Assembly (NCBI GenBank): GCA_051362555.1
Contig: CM120641.1
Location: 45,824,401 to 45,888,400 of the forward strand
Direction of reading: 5' to 3'
Origin: Lingula anatina
Lineage: Eukaryota; Animalia; Brachiopoda
Length of the DNA stretch: 64,000 bases
The notes beneath the pieces were generated by a model. It searched no databases, was not told where the DNA came from, and saw nothing but the letters and a program-made list of their open reading frames with translations. Shown in pieces: positions 1 to 51,075 of the stretch. The translations under genes were made by a program, and so were the position numbers. Within the stretch, counting starts at the first letter, position 1; the number at the start of each line of letters is the position of its first letter.

Positions 1-882
1 GTTTTTTCACATTTCCTCAGATTCATTTCTTAGGCATGTTAACAGTCTCATTATTAAACTAATAAGATACGTAAAAGCGTTTGTTTGACATTTCCTGCAT
101 CTTTACAACATTGTTAGTTGATTTAGTAAAAATGATGGTAAACTTGTTATCATGTATTGTGTAAAAAAGTGTCAAAAATGGAAATAAACTCATATCATTG
201 CAGTTTGTCAGATTTAATCATTCACTATGTTCAGAATCTCAGAATGGAGGAAATTGGACATTTAACACTGTTCTATTGATATTTTCCCATCTCATCAATT
301 TTCTTAGTTGATCATATAAAAATGGCAGTAAACTGTTAATTTTGTTTTATGTTAAAAAATTGTTAAAAATGGGGAAAAAAACATTTCAGAACCGTGCTGT
401 CTTGTCTTTATTTCCACGTAAGCAGTTGTATTGTTTTTTATGTCTTTAAACATTATGTAATATTATTTTATGCACTGTCATCATTTTTCAAAAATTGAGA
501 CTTTCATCATGTGAATTTGAACTCTCATGATCCTGAAACTGTAATCTTATTGAAGGGGTGGATTGAGACCATCTTCTGGGTCTTCCGGAAGACGGTCAGG
601 TTATTAAGTTTATATTGACTGGTATCTATTTTTTTTTCTGTTGGAAGACCATAAAAATGGGGGATGGATCAACATAGATACTTTGGAATACTATTAGAAA
701 ATATCTCTGGGTTCGCTCCTGTTATTGACCATGGTACCTGTTGTGCATGATTAGAATTCAGTGTTGACTGACTGCTATTATAAGCATTATTTATTATTGC
801 ATCAAAATTGACAAAATGACCTATTTTGCATCTTTATTTTCTGTTTTTTGTCTGTACATTTGACAGCTTTGCTGCCTTGTCT
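1..882 (+). mobile_element. HINE/DINE-like family 1, 3' portion (starts before the window)
   Basis: Bases 1-400 are near-identical to 36465-36870 and 34250-34655; ends with the family terminus TGTCTGTACATTTGACAGCTTTGCTGCCTTGT. Confidence 0.75.
553..721. mobile_element. MITE nested in the family 1 element (second copy about 58660-58810)
   Basis: Shares TCTTCTGGGTCTTCCGGAAGACGGTCAG and GGATCAACA with 58660-58810; ends resemble AGGGGCGGATC / GATCCGCCCCTG. Confidence 0.6.
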
Positions 883-1596
883 TTAATCCTTATGGAAGTT
901 ATATCTTAGATATATGCAGACTGCAATTTTCTTTTATTAGAGAGTGAAGTTTTTCCCCTCTGCTGTTAGATGCATTGTGTCAACTTGTCACTTCAAATGC
1001 TCATTTTATCATTGTGGTTAAGATTTTGTCTCACCTTAAAACTGGAGCAGTATCAGGAAAACTTGGGCTTTCAAATCATGCCATGTACATGTAGCATGTA
1101 TAGAAAATTAGTCTTGAATTCTAATTAGTTTTAAAAACACTAGGTGAATAGGAGCACTGAAATTTGCACAACATGAGGAAAAATCAAAAAAGTGTTTTTC
1201 ATGTCTACTGTTATATGAGCAAATCCAAAATGTACAGTCATTTCTTGTATAATATATATACTACTATTTTGATATACCATGTTATAACTTGCATATCAAG
1301 CACACACGGTTGAGGGTGCTATGCTATTATCATGAGATTTTTTTGTAACTGTTACATCTTTACACAATTTTATCTATCAGACTTTGCTTGTTGATGATTG
1401 TTAAGTGTATATATTTAACACAGCTTCGTAGAAGTTATTAGTTTATATTACTTTTTATGTAAAAGTGTGAAAGCTGCAACTCTGTTGGATTATAATACGT
1501 AACATGACTGCCAATATGATGCAACTTGTTTGAAACATTTTGCAGCTAAGCGTGTTCTATTCGTATAGGAAGTTGCATTTAGAGAACTTTTGCCTC

Positions 1597-2012
1597 GTTG
1601 ACAGCTTTGCCATCTCTGCAGCTTTTCTTGATCATATGCCTGCTTCTTTGTTCTATTAAGGCCAGCATTTATTCTTATTGTCTTTTGGTGTATGTATATG
1701 TGTTTGTGTATGTTTGTGTGGTTGAGATAATGGCTTTTATTGTGCCATGTGATGGTAATGAAGATAGTGCAATGTTTTTAACATGGAAGGAAAAAAGAAA
1801 CGGGAAGGTTTCGAAGCTATTGACACCTTTGCCATCCCGCTACACTGCTTTTTTTGATCATGCCTGTTCCTTTTTAAAATTAAGGTCATTATTATTATTA
1901 TTGTTATTATTATTTTTGACTTTTGGTTTGTGTCTGTGTTTGTGTAATTGAGATACGCTGTAGATGCTTTTATTGTGCCATGTGATGTTTAATATTGTGC
2001 AATGATTTTAAC
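1597..2012 (+). repeat. Diverged tandem duplication, about 220 bp x2
   Basis: TTGACA.CTTTGCCATC...TTGATCAT..GCCTG...GCTTTTATTGTGCCATGTGATG...GTGCAATG.TTTTAACA occurs twice. Confidence 0.65.
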
Positions 2013-2257
2013 ACTAACTTTTGTAGCAATCAATGCATGCTTTTGTCCAAAAAAAGACCAAATGCTTCCTTTTAAATAGCATAAAATTCCTTGGTGTGAA
2101 CTAGGCCTAGCTTACTGAATGAATTATTTTGATAATTGTAGGCAAGGTTTTACCATAGCAAAATGGCTAATTGAAGAATTATCAATTTTGATTTCACACA
2201 CACCGTCAGATTGAAATTTTATGATTTATCAATCAATTTGCTGTGATGGGTGCTTTT

Positions 2258-2526
2258 TATGTACAGACGTAGTGTGTCTGTACCTAGGGCCTTTACCTTG
2301 ACCATTTTCCATACAGTTTTTTCGGCACATTGACATTCTCATGCTGTGACTTCAATTTCCCATGGACCTGAAGCCTTATCCTAGAAACATTTTCTGAATT
2401 TCTCCACATCAGTAGTACATTTTTAAAAATCACTAGTGGTTGTGCTGCTATGTAATATCATTTTATGCGCTGCCATTTTTATTTTCTGTTTTATGTCTGT
2501 ACATTTGTCACCTTTGCTGCCTTGTT
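2258..2526 (+). mobile_element. Short HINE family 1 copy
   Basis: 5' TATGTACAGAC...GTCTGTAC hairpin; 3' TGTCTGTACATTTGTCACCTTTGCTGCCTTGTT. Confidence 0.65.
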
Positions 2527-3110
2527 TGTTTTAAAAGTAAAAATTGCTCTACAAAAAAATGCATATTTGTAATGAAATTTCATATTAACTTTTTTTTTTG
2601 TTTATTGATACTTAGAATGTTGCAGTCATGAAAATATTGTTTGGTAAAGTAAAAGGAATGTATTTAATTGAATTTTTGTGAAATATATATTAGCTTACTT
2701 CAGATTTGTCTTCCAATTGGCTGCTACCCCATACATGGTTGTATGATGTTATTTTTTCAATTCATGGCATATATCTGTCAGAAGAGACGGATTCTGTGTG
2801 TTCCTTTGTTTTGCTTCTACCAGAATAACAGCATTATTTATTTCTAGCTTTAAAAGCACATTTTAGTTAGATTGTTATCAGAAAAGTTAAAATGTTTACC
2901 ATCCACAAATAAGTTTGCTCATGTGTCTTTGCATGTTTTCAATGTTCAAATTTGATATAAAGGACTGAAATTTGATAAATTAAACCTTGTGAATTGTGAT
3001 TGCACGGATGTCATTCCTAGAACTTGCAGGTTGTGCTTCATTGTGATGTTATTTTAAGGTTGAATGTGACTATGAACTTCGGCAAAAGTTCACTGCTTTT
3101 AAAAAGCATA

Positions 3111-3400
3111 GGGCTCATTCCCATTAAAATTATGTCTACTTACATTGATCCAACTCCACAGGGACTCGCTGAATGCAATCAGTTTGACATATGAACAGAG
3201 TATTAGCATGCCTTCTCTTGTTTCCACATACTCATAAACTCGCCAGCTTTTCTATATTCTACTTGTTGCCATGAGGAGGCTCATTGTCATGAGGAGGCTT
3301 GTTGCCATGAGAAGGCATGTTAAACTGACTGCATTCAGCAAGAGTCCCTGCAGAGCTGGATCTATCTACTTAGACCGATAGTTTCAATGGGAATGAGCCC
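3111..3400. mobile_element. Harbinger/Tourist-like MITE family A
   Basis: TIR GGGCTCATTCCCATT / AATGGGAATGAGCCC with long internal dyad symmetry. Confidence 0.75.
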
Positions 3401-4564
3401 CTAGTCTCTTCCTTTTCTCCACTGGTGCTTAAATGGCTTAAAGCTTCAGTAACTAATGCAAATAGTGCAAATGTTATTTTTATATGTGCCATGTTACTTG
3501 TTTTATAATTGCAAATCATTTAGTGCTATATGTATATTTGAGCCCCAGGTGTAGACAGAGTATATTTATGTTTAAACTTATTAATTATGCATTTGATACT
3601 TGGAGAGTTTATTTTCTGCTTTTTTAGAAAGAATAGTCTCATTAAACAGAAATCATGTAAAGTCAGCAGTATTGTCACTATGACAGAGTAAAAAGTGAGG
3701 ATTTTATTGTGTGTTTGTCATTATTTTAAGTTCTCAATATTTCAGTACAGTTATAGAGTAACATTTTGATGTTATTGTGTGATTGATTATTTGGGAAAAT
3801 GTTTGGAAGTAACAACATTTTGGAAGCTTAGGTAAGGATAAAGGTGTTTAGTTGGTTTTTATCTCCAGAAAAACTGGCAAGTCTATGTTATAACTTCCAG
3901 GGGCCAAATCTATAATATTCATTGTTATGTGTTGTACAGAGATACATGTGCTTTGTGTTTTGCACTGGTGATGCCTTTCTAATGGTAACAAAACCTGGCA
4001 ACTTATTTTACTCGCTTTGTGAACTTTGTGCTAGAAATGAAAAGAAAAAGATGCTTAGACTACTTGCATCATCTGTATTTTCTTCACTGCCATTTTCAGG
4101 GTATGGATTTTTGAAATCATGCCGCCATAGAAGGTACATCTTTTCAGTGCACAAGATTTTTCTACATGGATTTTAAGAACATGAGCAGCTTTTTTGCTAT
4201 GTGTAAATACTTGAAAAAGTATAAATAGCTTATAGCTCACTCAATGCCCAAATGCTTGTTCATATCACATCTGAAATGGGAGGAAACCCATTTATAGCCA
4301 CTAGTGACCTTCAGAGAACTAAATATGACTGCTATGCTGTCTTAATTATATACCATGTTGTTTGATATCACCTGAACCCATGTTGATTCCTACTTGAGGT
4401 CAGATACTGGTCAACACATATTTTTTAGAAAATCCATGTAGATAACTGCACCATGAAGGCTCAAGTCCAGGGTAGACATATAGCTTGATTATTTCATTGC
4501 CAGGTTTACACCAGTGTACTGAGGTGCTAGCTGGTGAATGCTATTTGCATATATTGTATTGAAA

Positions 4565-4570
4565 AATAAA
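4565..4570 (+). terminator. Probable polyadenylation signal of an upstream plus-strand gene whose CDS is outside the window
   Basis: AATAAA followed by a GU/U-rich tract (GTTTTGTTCTTTTTTGTTGTTTT); the preceding 3.5 kb is T/G-skewed on the plus strand. Confidence 0.45.
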
Positions 4571-4794
4571 GGTCTGACTTTTGTCCTTGAAGTTTTGTTC
4601 TTTTTTGTTGTTTTAAATATTAATTTTTTTTAACATCTGAGGAATGTGGATACCTGGAACGATTATGTGCAGCACAATACTGGATGAGCTAGGTCTTCTC
4701 TACCACAATGATGTGTTGTGATCTATTGAATTACAGCAAAGGAGAATTTCTACTGAGATGTTTTTTTTTTTTTTTTTTCTCGGACCAAGGATTA

Positions 4795-5058
4795 TGACCC
4801 GAGCTCCCATACCTAGATTGATCTGACAAGATCAATCCATCTTTTTTTTTTTTTTTTTTTTTTTGGGGGGGGGGGGTCTTGTTAAATTGCTCTCAGCTTA
4901 ATCATGTCTACTGAAGCTGCTTAATCATTAATTATCCCCTAGCAGCTTCAGAAAGCCTGACAGATATCTAAGCTGCTTAAGTTGATGGCAATTTAGCGAG
5001 AATCCCCTTGGAGATAGATCGATCCACAGTTAGTACGATAGGGTCTGGGAATGGTCTC
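4795..5058. mobile_element. MITE family B
   Basis: Palindromic element with CCCATACCTAGAT / GGGAATGG ends and a CTACTGAAGCTGC...CAGCTTCAG core shared with five other copies. Confidence 0.65.
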
Positions 5059-7290
5059 TGTAGCTACATATATAGCAAATGAGAGAAAATATTCCTATTC
5101 AGCAATTTTGTAAATTTTAAAAAAATTAGATAAGTATTAAATGGTTTGTTCTCAGTAAATTTAAGAGTTTTTAAGTGACACAACAAATAAAATCAGAACA
5201 AGATGTTCTTCATTAGAAACATGTATTTGAGCAATTAAACATTAATATGTACATGGATTTCAACGACACTGAAGACTGAACGTCTATTATGCGTACAATC
5301 TTCATACAACAATTTACTTTCACAAAGCAATGGTTTGTATTAAAATATAGGTAGTGGAAATGGTATTATTGCACAGTATATATTTATGTTTACATCAACT
5401 GTAATTCAGTGATAAGGTCTTATCTGCACAAGGTCTCTTATTAACTGATCACGTGTTTAACCAGCCTCTTGACTGCAGTGTCGCATTCTTGACACCCTCA
5501 AACTGGACTTATTGGAATATATGGGGCAGTTCTCAACTTGAAACATTTCTTTAAAAATAATCTCTTCACAGGGAGGGGCAAGAGAATGCTAAAAAAAAAA
5601 TTAGAAAATCCCTCTCCTGTACATTACATCTTTATCATTTTGCAAAAATAAATAAATAAATAAAAAATAAAACTAAACATCTCACAAAAAATAAAGGAAG
5701 AAATACTCCAAAAGTAATCCCTCCTTGCCATATTAACTTAGCAAAGCACAAGCTCCTTGCCGGGCCACTTCTACACGTAGGAGGTGATATGATCTTCGGA
5801 CACATCAATAAATTCAAGAATATCATCTACTCTTTAAATAATTCATCTAGTTACAGTGCTTTCAATTCTTTCATCATTACTGTTAATAGGTTCTCATATG
5901 TGAGACTAAATAGATAATCTTTGACCAAGGAAAGAAGCATTTACAACTTAAAACTCTGTAAGAAGTGAAGAATTTATGAGATGCCAAAAATCACACAAAC
6001 AATAGAAAACTATAGACAATCAACTAGTGTCGAACTGTTCAAAATGTATTTGCTGTGACAAGATACCTGAATTGCTGAATACACGACTGGTAATATATAC
6101 GACTGTTCGTCAGAGTTTTTGTCACAAATCTTTCCCTCTACTTTTATTGCTGGTATACATCTGCCCCATTATACAGGAACAATCCTATTTTTAATCAATA
6201 ACATCCATGCCCCTAAGATACTTAAGTCTAATGGAAATGTAATTAAATTTTCAATTTTAAGTTTTAACATCCTCAAGATGATTAAAAAAATATGATGCAT
6301 GAAACAAATGACAAATAATGACAATGATTCACAGACTAGCTGGATGATAATACAGAATGTCAGAATATCTTATTGATAATTTTTACATAAAAACTTTTAT
6401 GTAAAGCAACAGTCAGTGTAATACAGTCATCAGCTCACTGGTCACCTGCATTAGAATACCTCAAAATACTATTAGTCTTCATCAAAGTAGACTGGTCTGG
6501 AGATAAATCAGTCTATAGATTATAATCTTTGGTCTATTAAAAAAATCTAAAACAAGTTCTAAAATTTTCAACTAGTATGTTTGAAAATTCACCTTTTTCC
6601 TAGTCCAATGCCAAATGCCTGGAGCTGATGCCTTACTTTGTATGTAGACTGAAGCAACAAGACAGAATAATATAAATAAATAAGCAACTACAATGGTCTG
6701 GAAGCCCCTCGCTGAACTAATACATTTTTTGGTTACAGAGACTAGAAGTTAAAGCACCATCAACATCAAAAAGCCTCCGCTTTCTCTCTTTTCATTGTAA
6801 CTTGCACAAATGCACACACCGAACCCAAAAGTGCAAATTTTATCATTCTCAGTTAAACAAAATGACGAAATGACTTAAACTTAAATAAAATGACAAATCA
6901 AATGGCCTATATACGCAACCATTTCAGATTTCACCGCCAGCTGTTTCACTGCGTTGCAGAGGTAGACAGGCATTGAAAATAACAATAACAACAAATGAAA
7001 AATTCACTGCGAATGTCTCATATACATTTCAAATTTATATTTCTGCTATCTTATAGCAAGGCAAGAGAATAATCATGGGGTCACTCTGTACGATATCTCC
7101 TGATTGAATCTGCTTGTGTCTTGTTGCCCATCTTATGTAAATTAATGTAATGAATCACTGTAGTAATCCAATCCAGGAAATTTCATCAGGGACCCTCAGA
7201 TGAACCACAATAGTGTGTTGTCTGTGTGCAATGTAACTTTCAACTGAAAGCCAATTTCGTCAACAACCACATCTTGGCTGTCACCACATC

Positions 7291-15823
<8,533 letters not shown>

Positions 15824-16159
15824 GCTGCCTTCTGTTGACCTTCTTGAGGTAACGGGAAGTCGGTCACAGGTTTGATTTAGTTTCGAAGAAATATTTTCAA
15901 CAACTAAAATTCTCTGCTGTTCTTGGTTATCCCTTTGAAATTAAAAGTATTTTTATTCATCACAAAAAATTAGTGATGTTCGTCAAAATCACTTCGGATA
16001 TTGTTTTTGACATACTGAGTTGACCAAAAAGGTTCACTGCGGGACTTGTTTCTTTCTGAAATCACGCTGTCGAGAGCCTTCCCGGTGGAAGAAAAAGCCA
16101 ATTTATAGTGAAAGTAGAGTTTTTTCACGAAAATATTGTGCAGAGCAACACAAGCAGAA
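15824..16159. promoter_or_regulatory. Shared bidirectional promoter and 5' UTRs of EGLN1 and EPRS
   Basis: 336 bp separate the divergent start codons. CpG is locally more frequent, with ETS-like GGAAG motifs and the imperfect palindrome CTTCCCGGTGGAAG at 16078-16091. Confidence 0.75.
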
Positions 16160-46098
<29,939 letters not shown>

Positions 46099-46411
46099 GT
46101 TGCCTCTAATGCTTTAAGCAGGAAAATAGAGGGAAAAAAGTTGTGAAGGACAGAAATTGTACCGTGTGAAAGTAAAATAGATTAGTGCGTGGTTTCCTTT
46201 TCTTGAAGTGTATTCATACCTCATACAAATTGAAATGGCACGATCATGGCAGCATTCTTTCTGTGTGATTAACAGTGAAGATGGCATAGCAGACCTTAAT
46301 TGGAGGTAGTGAACAGCTTGCCAATGGTAATACCAGAAGCTACAGGACAAGTAGTTTAAGTGTTAAATGTTCAAAATATAGACATTTATTTATTTGCATG
46401 AGACTGAAACA

Positions 46412-46417
46412 AATAAA
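46412..46417 (+). terminator. EPRS polyadenylation signal (second AATAAA at 46482)
   Basis: AATAAA about 315 nt after the TAG, followed by GT-rich sequence. Confidence 0.6.
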
Positions 46418-46836
46418 ACAGGTTCATTAGCAATGATGTTGTTTCAGGTTTGCTACGTTACTGTCAATCTTGTCAAGAAATAATAAAGGCCACAAGTATG
46501 TTTTGGAATTTTTGTTTACCAAGATAGTTTCAAATAGTTCTCAGCAGTTGCAACGCTCGATTGCAATGTCATTCACTGCTTATTCTTATAACAATGTGAA
46601 GGTGGGGGGGCATGCTTAATGTTCAGCAGTTGATTGTGCTCGAACTGGTAGAGATGAGAATTGGCATTCAGATTGTTTGATGTGTTCTAGTTGTGAACTA
46701 GAAATTTTTACTTTTTTGTCAAAAACTCTCAAATGGTAGAAAAATCTGAATTCAATACTTCTTGAAAGCATCATAACAATAGAAGAGGGCTACAACACAA
46801 CCCATTAAACAACACACATCAAATTTTCTTTTACAA

Positions 46837-46842
46837 TTTATT
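46837..46842 (-). terminator. RPS29 polyadenylation signal
   Basis: Minus-strand AATAAA about 220 nt after the stop, followed by a TGTGTGTTGTTT tract. Confidence 0.6.
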
Positions 46843-47058
46843 TTCATAAATGATAATAACACCCTAAAAAATGCATTTTAAATTTGCTCTTTCGCACAGT
46901 TGTAAGGTTTCTGGGCAAATTTTTCTGTATAAAGCTGAACAGCCATGTCTACCGATCCACATCGCAGCCCTTCATCACAGGTTGGTGAGGTTTTGCCACC
47001 AGGGTGCCATTTCTTCACAAGTAAAATGCATCTTCTCGGGTCAATGTGCATGGAATCT

Positions 47059-48543
47059 TTAGTCAAGCTGTAAAAAATGAAATATGAAACATTTTATAAT
47101 CACTTCTCTACGGTGAGAAGGTCTATGTCCACATACATGCTTCTTATTTAATCAAATTGTTTAAGTTGCGACTAAGTAGAAAAACGATACAAATTTTTTA
47201 TTAAATCTTCAAGTGTGTCGGTCAATGGATGTCTAGATCACCATTTACAGTCTTTACTCACTTATTTTACTTGAAACTTTCTATTTAAAATCTTTGATCT
47301 ATGTTAAATAGTAGTTGCTAATACAGAACAATGTAATATTTGTAATCAGACTTATAAGAACATGTTCAAAGCCATTAGGCAAATAAAACCCATAAAATTT
47401 CAGATCAACCCATTTATTATAGATGTGTTAACTATGAACCATAGCTATTCTTGCATAACTAGGAACTTGGGTAACTGCAAATTTATTGGAATTTCTCTCT
47501 GCCTTGAGTAAGTCAATATTCCTAAGTTTCAGTTAATACCAAATGAAAATCTTTTACATATGGTTAGTGTAAACTTCAAAGCCCAATAGTGGTTAGACTT
47601 ATACAGTAAAAGTTAATTGACAATGTAGTTAAAGATGTGCTAGATTTATCTGCCTACATCAATTTTACCATGCAATTTCTTTTCACAGATCATTGCTCAA
47701 CCTGTCCCTACACTAGATTTGCTGTTTTATTTTAATTTTAAAGCAATATCTTCCTGTACATTTCAAAAGGAACAATCAGCATCAGTTACGTTCTTAACTG
47801 TCAAAACTGGGAAAATATGTAGGAAGAAAAATTGATTTTGGGAAATTTTTCAAATGTGTCAAGTTCACTTCAAACCCCAGCCGTGTTTCTGCAAAGTGAC
47901 TTAACACCGCCCCAATCCTCACCTTCTTGAATCCTATGTCTGCAGAATATTCTCTAAAGCATCTTCTGCACATGTTCAGACCATATTTTCTGATCAAGCC
48001 GTGGTGATTAGAACACACTCGGCTGTAATGTAAATAGAAACGAGGTTAACAATATACTACACACAGCAAACAATGCAATATATTGGCTTTGAAGTTTGGA
48101 ATTCGTCACGTTTTTCTTACATACAAGTTTCCTCTGAAAAGCATTATCAAGCATTCAGAAAAATGGCGTGGATGCACATTAGTGGATTCCGAGTATGATT
48201 TTAAAGCAATGTGTGATACTTAAGTCTATCTATGAAAATGTGTTATTTCATCTTTATTTTATCGTTACATGAATAATGAATAAACAGGAGTAAGGGATAT
48301 AAAATCGTTGCCAAGATGGTATCTAACACTCCATTTAGACTGCCAGCAAATTAATATAAAACATTCCGAATAAATCCTTTGACATTCGACGTTTATCACA
48401 TAAGACACTGCAATAATCACAATAAAAAGGATGTCAACATATTCAAGTTATTAAATACAATTGTATAATTCGTTTACTTACCAAGTGCGGGAGCCTGGAC
48501 CGAATTTCTTTGGGTGCGAGTTCCACACGTTAGCAAAACCCAT
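47059..48543 (-). CDS. RPS29: 40S ribosomal protein S29 (uS14), 56 aa, 3 coding exons
   Basis: Exons 48543-48482, 48022-47923 and 47067-47059 give [56 protein letters not shown]; CxxC...CxxC zinc site. Confidence 0.97.
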
Positions 48544-48556
48544 GATGGCGGCTGAC

Positions 48557-48568
48557 GAAAAGAAAGAG
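48557..48568 (-). promoter_or_regulatory. TCT / 5'-TOP polypyrimidine initiator of RPS29
   Basis: Minus strand reads CTCTTTCTTTTC just upstream of GTCAGCCGCCATC-ATG, typical of ribosomal protein genes. Confidence 0.75.
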
Positions 48569-49018
48569 CATGGATACCACATTCCCTAATTTATCGAAAT
48601 ATAGAAATAAGAATATCAGTCAAAATACATTATACTATTGTATCAATCAGTTAAATACTGTTTATAGTTCGTTAATAATACAATTTAAAACAATTTTCTT
48701 TGTGTTTTAAAGTGTATAAATACTTTACGACCTCGTATACTTGAGAACAAGGTAAATTCTCCACCTAGGCAAAAGCAAGGAATGCGATGTGCACAACTAA
48801 CGCAATTCGTCCAATGTACGGTTACAGGTGAATGCACTTATTTATCTTTGGCATTGAAACTCTTTAAAAGCCAAAAGAAATAAAGCTGTTCGTTTTGGCC
48901 AAAATGGATTTCCAGGAGTAAAAAACTGCGATTTTCTCAAATTTACCAGTGGTTAATAAATCCATTCCAACATTCAAAGTTAGTCCATGTTTATGCCCCT
49001 ATAAAGTTTGGTTTTTTG

Positions 49019-49057
49019 CATGGACATAATAAGAGAAGGTCTCTTATTATGTCCATG
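49019..49057. mobile_element. 39-bp palindromic insertion with 8-bp TSD
   Basis: GTTTTTTG | CATGGACATAATAAGAG AAGGT CTCTTATTATGTCCATG | GTTTTTTG. Confidence 0.8.
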
Positions 49058-50230
49058 GTTTTTTGTGTCCTTTTGGATATTTTCATAACCTGTAAAAGCC
49101 ACTTTCTATTTTCTGAGATGCGTGAAACGGTTACACTATAATTCCCATTTTCGAGACTCGTGAATGCGGCGTTTTATTTAACGCCATTCGTGAAACGAAG
49201 TGATTATACCCGACGATTCATGATTTTTAGGTTTTTTCGTATCGCATCATAGTTTAGATATAAGTAAAGTTTCATTACTGTGATTTGTGAATTGATTATT
49301 TTATTACCTGTAAACTGTGATCAATGCCTCTTCTCCCCCCCCCCCCCCCTTCCCGTCAAAATGGAACCCTGGATATTATTTCAATTCCTAAAGTTTGTTC
49401 ACTTTAATACTTGATAAGATTGGCCTTTCGTATGGGGTCGGGGGTCGGGGGGGGGGGGGGGCTAAGTAGAGAGACCCACTAGGGAAATAAAATTACCAAT
49501 TTACAAATCAAGGTAGATAAAACTTCATTCATATTTCATTGATAATGCACGTCGATAATCATCCTGGAAATCACGAATCACCGGGCATAATAACTTCGCT
49601 TCACTATTTAGATACGAGTCATTCGATGATAATTTTGAGATTGAGTTTCAAATTTTGCAAAATAATACTTTCATTTTCTACTTTCGTTTTCAATATAATC
49701 GACAGTGTGACGGCCATCTACCGCCTTGACAAAACCAAAGACGCAGAAAACCCATTATACATCGGGGCTGAAAGTCCCAGACCTTTAATCTATACATTTA
49801 TTGAAAAAAATAATGGCAATGTGAGCGTCTGGTCACGTGAGGGTGTTTTTTTCTGCAGCAGGAAACCGACCTCTCTTATCTGCATAATGTTATTATGGTG
49901 AGTAAGACGATAATATTCTTTAATATTATATAACACCTTTGGAACGACTCTTTGATGCAAATATATAGTAATATGTTTAAACACTTTATTTTTTTTTTTA
50001 CATTTGCCACTGCTGTGGCGTTAATATCAAAGTTCAGATTTGGAGAAAACAACACCTGCATTTTCAAGTGTATACAAAATTTTAAAAAAGCACAATACAA
50101 AACCAGATTTAAAATAAGGGAATTTGGCATGTTGTGGTAGTCAACACCAACAAAATATCAATACTAAATATTAACGCTTTTACTTTTTACGGATGCTTTG
50201 GGTGTATATCATTCCATGTGTCAGCAACCA

Positions 50231-50386
50231 ACAGGAATGGTAGTCCGCTAGGAACATTAGTCCGTTCTCCATTACTTTAAACAGGTGACAATCATCCCAT
50301 ACACAAACCCCTATACTACGACTAACCCTAACCTGTATTAATCATACGGGACCCTGGACTTCCATTTCTAGGACAACCATTCCTGT
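50231..50386. mobile_element. Small MITE
   Basis: Inverted ends ACAGGAATGGTAGTCC / GGACAACCATTCCTGT; internal CTAACCCTAACC. Confidence 0.55.
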
Positions 50387-50628
50387 CACAACGGGTCACA
50401 TCAACGAGTGTTTTCAACGAGAGATAAAGAACTGGGCTGGGTCGGCTTATCCAAAGCGAAACAGGGTGGCCATTTCTCCTTTCACTGTGGGGGATCTACC
50501 GCATCATCGTGTTCGCAGGAGCTTGGGGAAACGTAAAACTAGGAATGAGATGAAACGTTCTTCATCTGAACTAGGAATTGAAATGGATGGTGCCAAATTA
50601 AAAATTCTTAACGACATAACTGTTGCCT

Positions 50629-50673
<45 letters not shown>

Positions 50674-51046
50674 ACATAAATGAAAGCTTGTGTAGATTGG
50701 GTGTCAGTTATAATGGATTTGACACAGAGCCACAAGGTCAAAATTCGTCTAGCACAAATTTGCAGATCTTTTACATAACCTCGTTACAAGGTACAAATAA
50801 TTTGGTATTTACAGTTTATGTATACTCTGATTGCCGTTTTACATGAATAATTTGCGACGTTCGTCCTTTACGTGTTTAACTATAGATATTTTTTTTTCAT
50901 GATAACAGAGGTTGTGTTTAAAGATCAGCATGATCGCATTATTTAACGTATGCTTTTATTAATTTATTTATTGATTTATTTTCTTTGTGTTATTTAAATT
51001 GTGTGAACGAATTTTCAACTTCAAAGTCCTCTCATGTACCTTTGAC

Positions 51047-51075
51047 CAGGGAATTATATCGGATATAATTCCCTG
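51047..51075. mobile_element. 29-bp palindromic insertion with 7-bp TSD
   Basis: CTTTGAC | CAGGGAATTATATC G GATATAATTCCCTG | CTTTGAC. Confidence 0.75.

Noticed and set aside
1598-1951. 117-aa hydrophobic ORF
   Set aside because: TTG start, low-complexity T-rich sequence within a tandem duplication, no domain or splice support.
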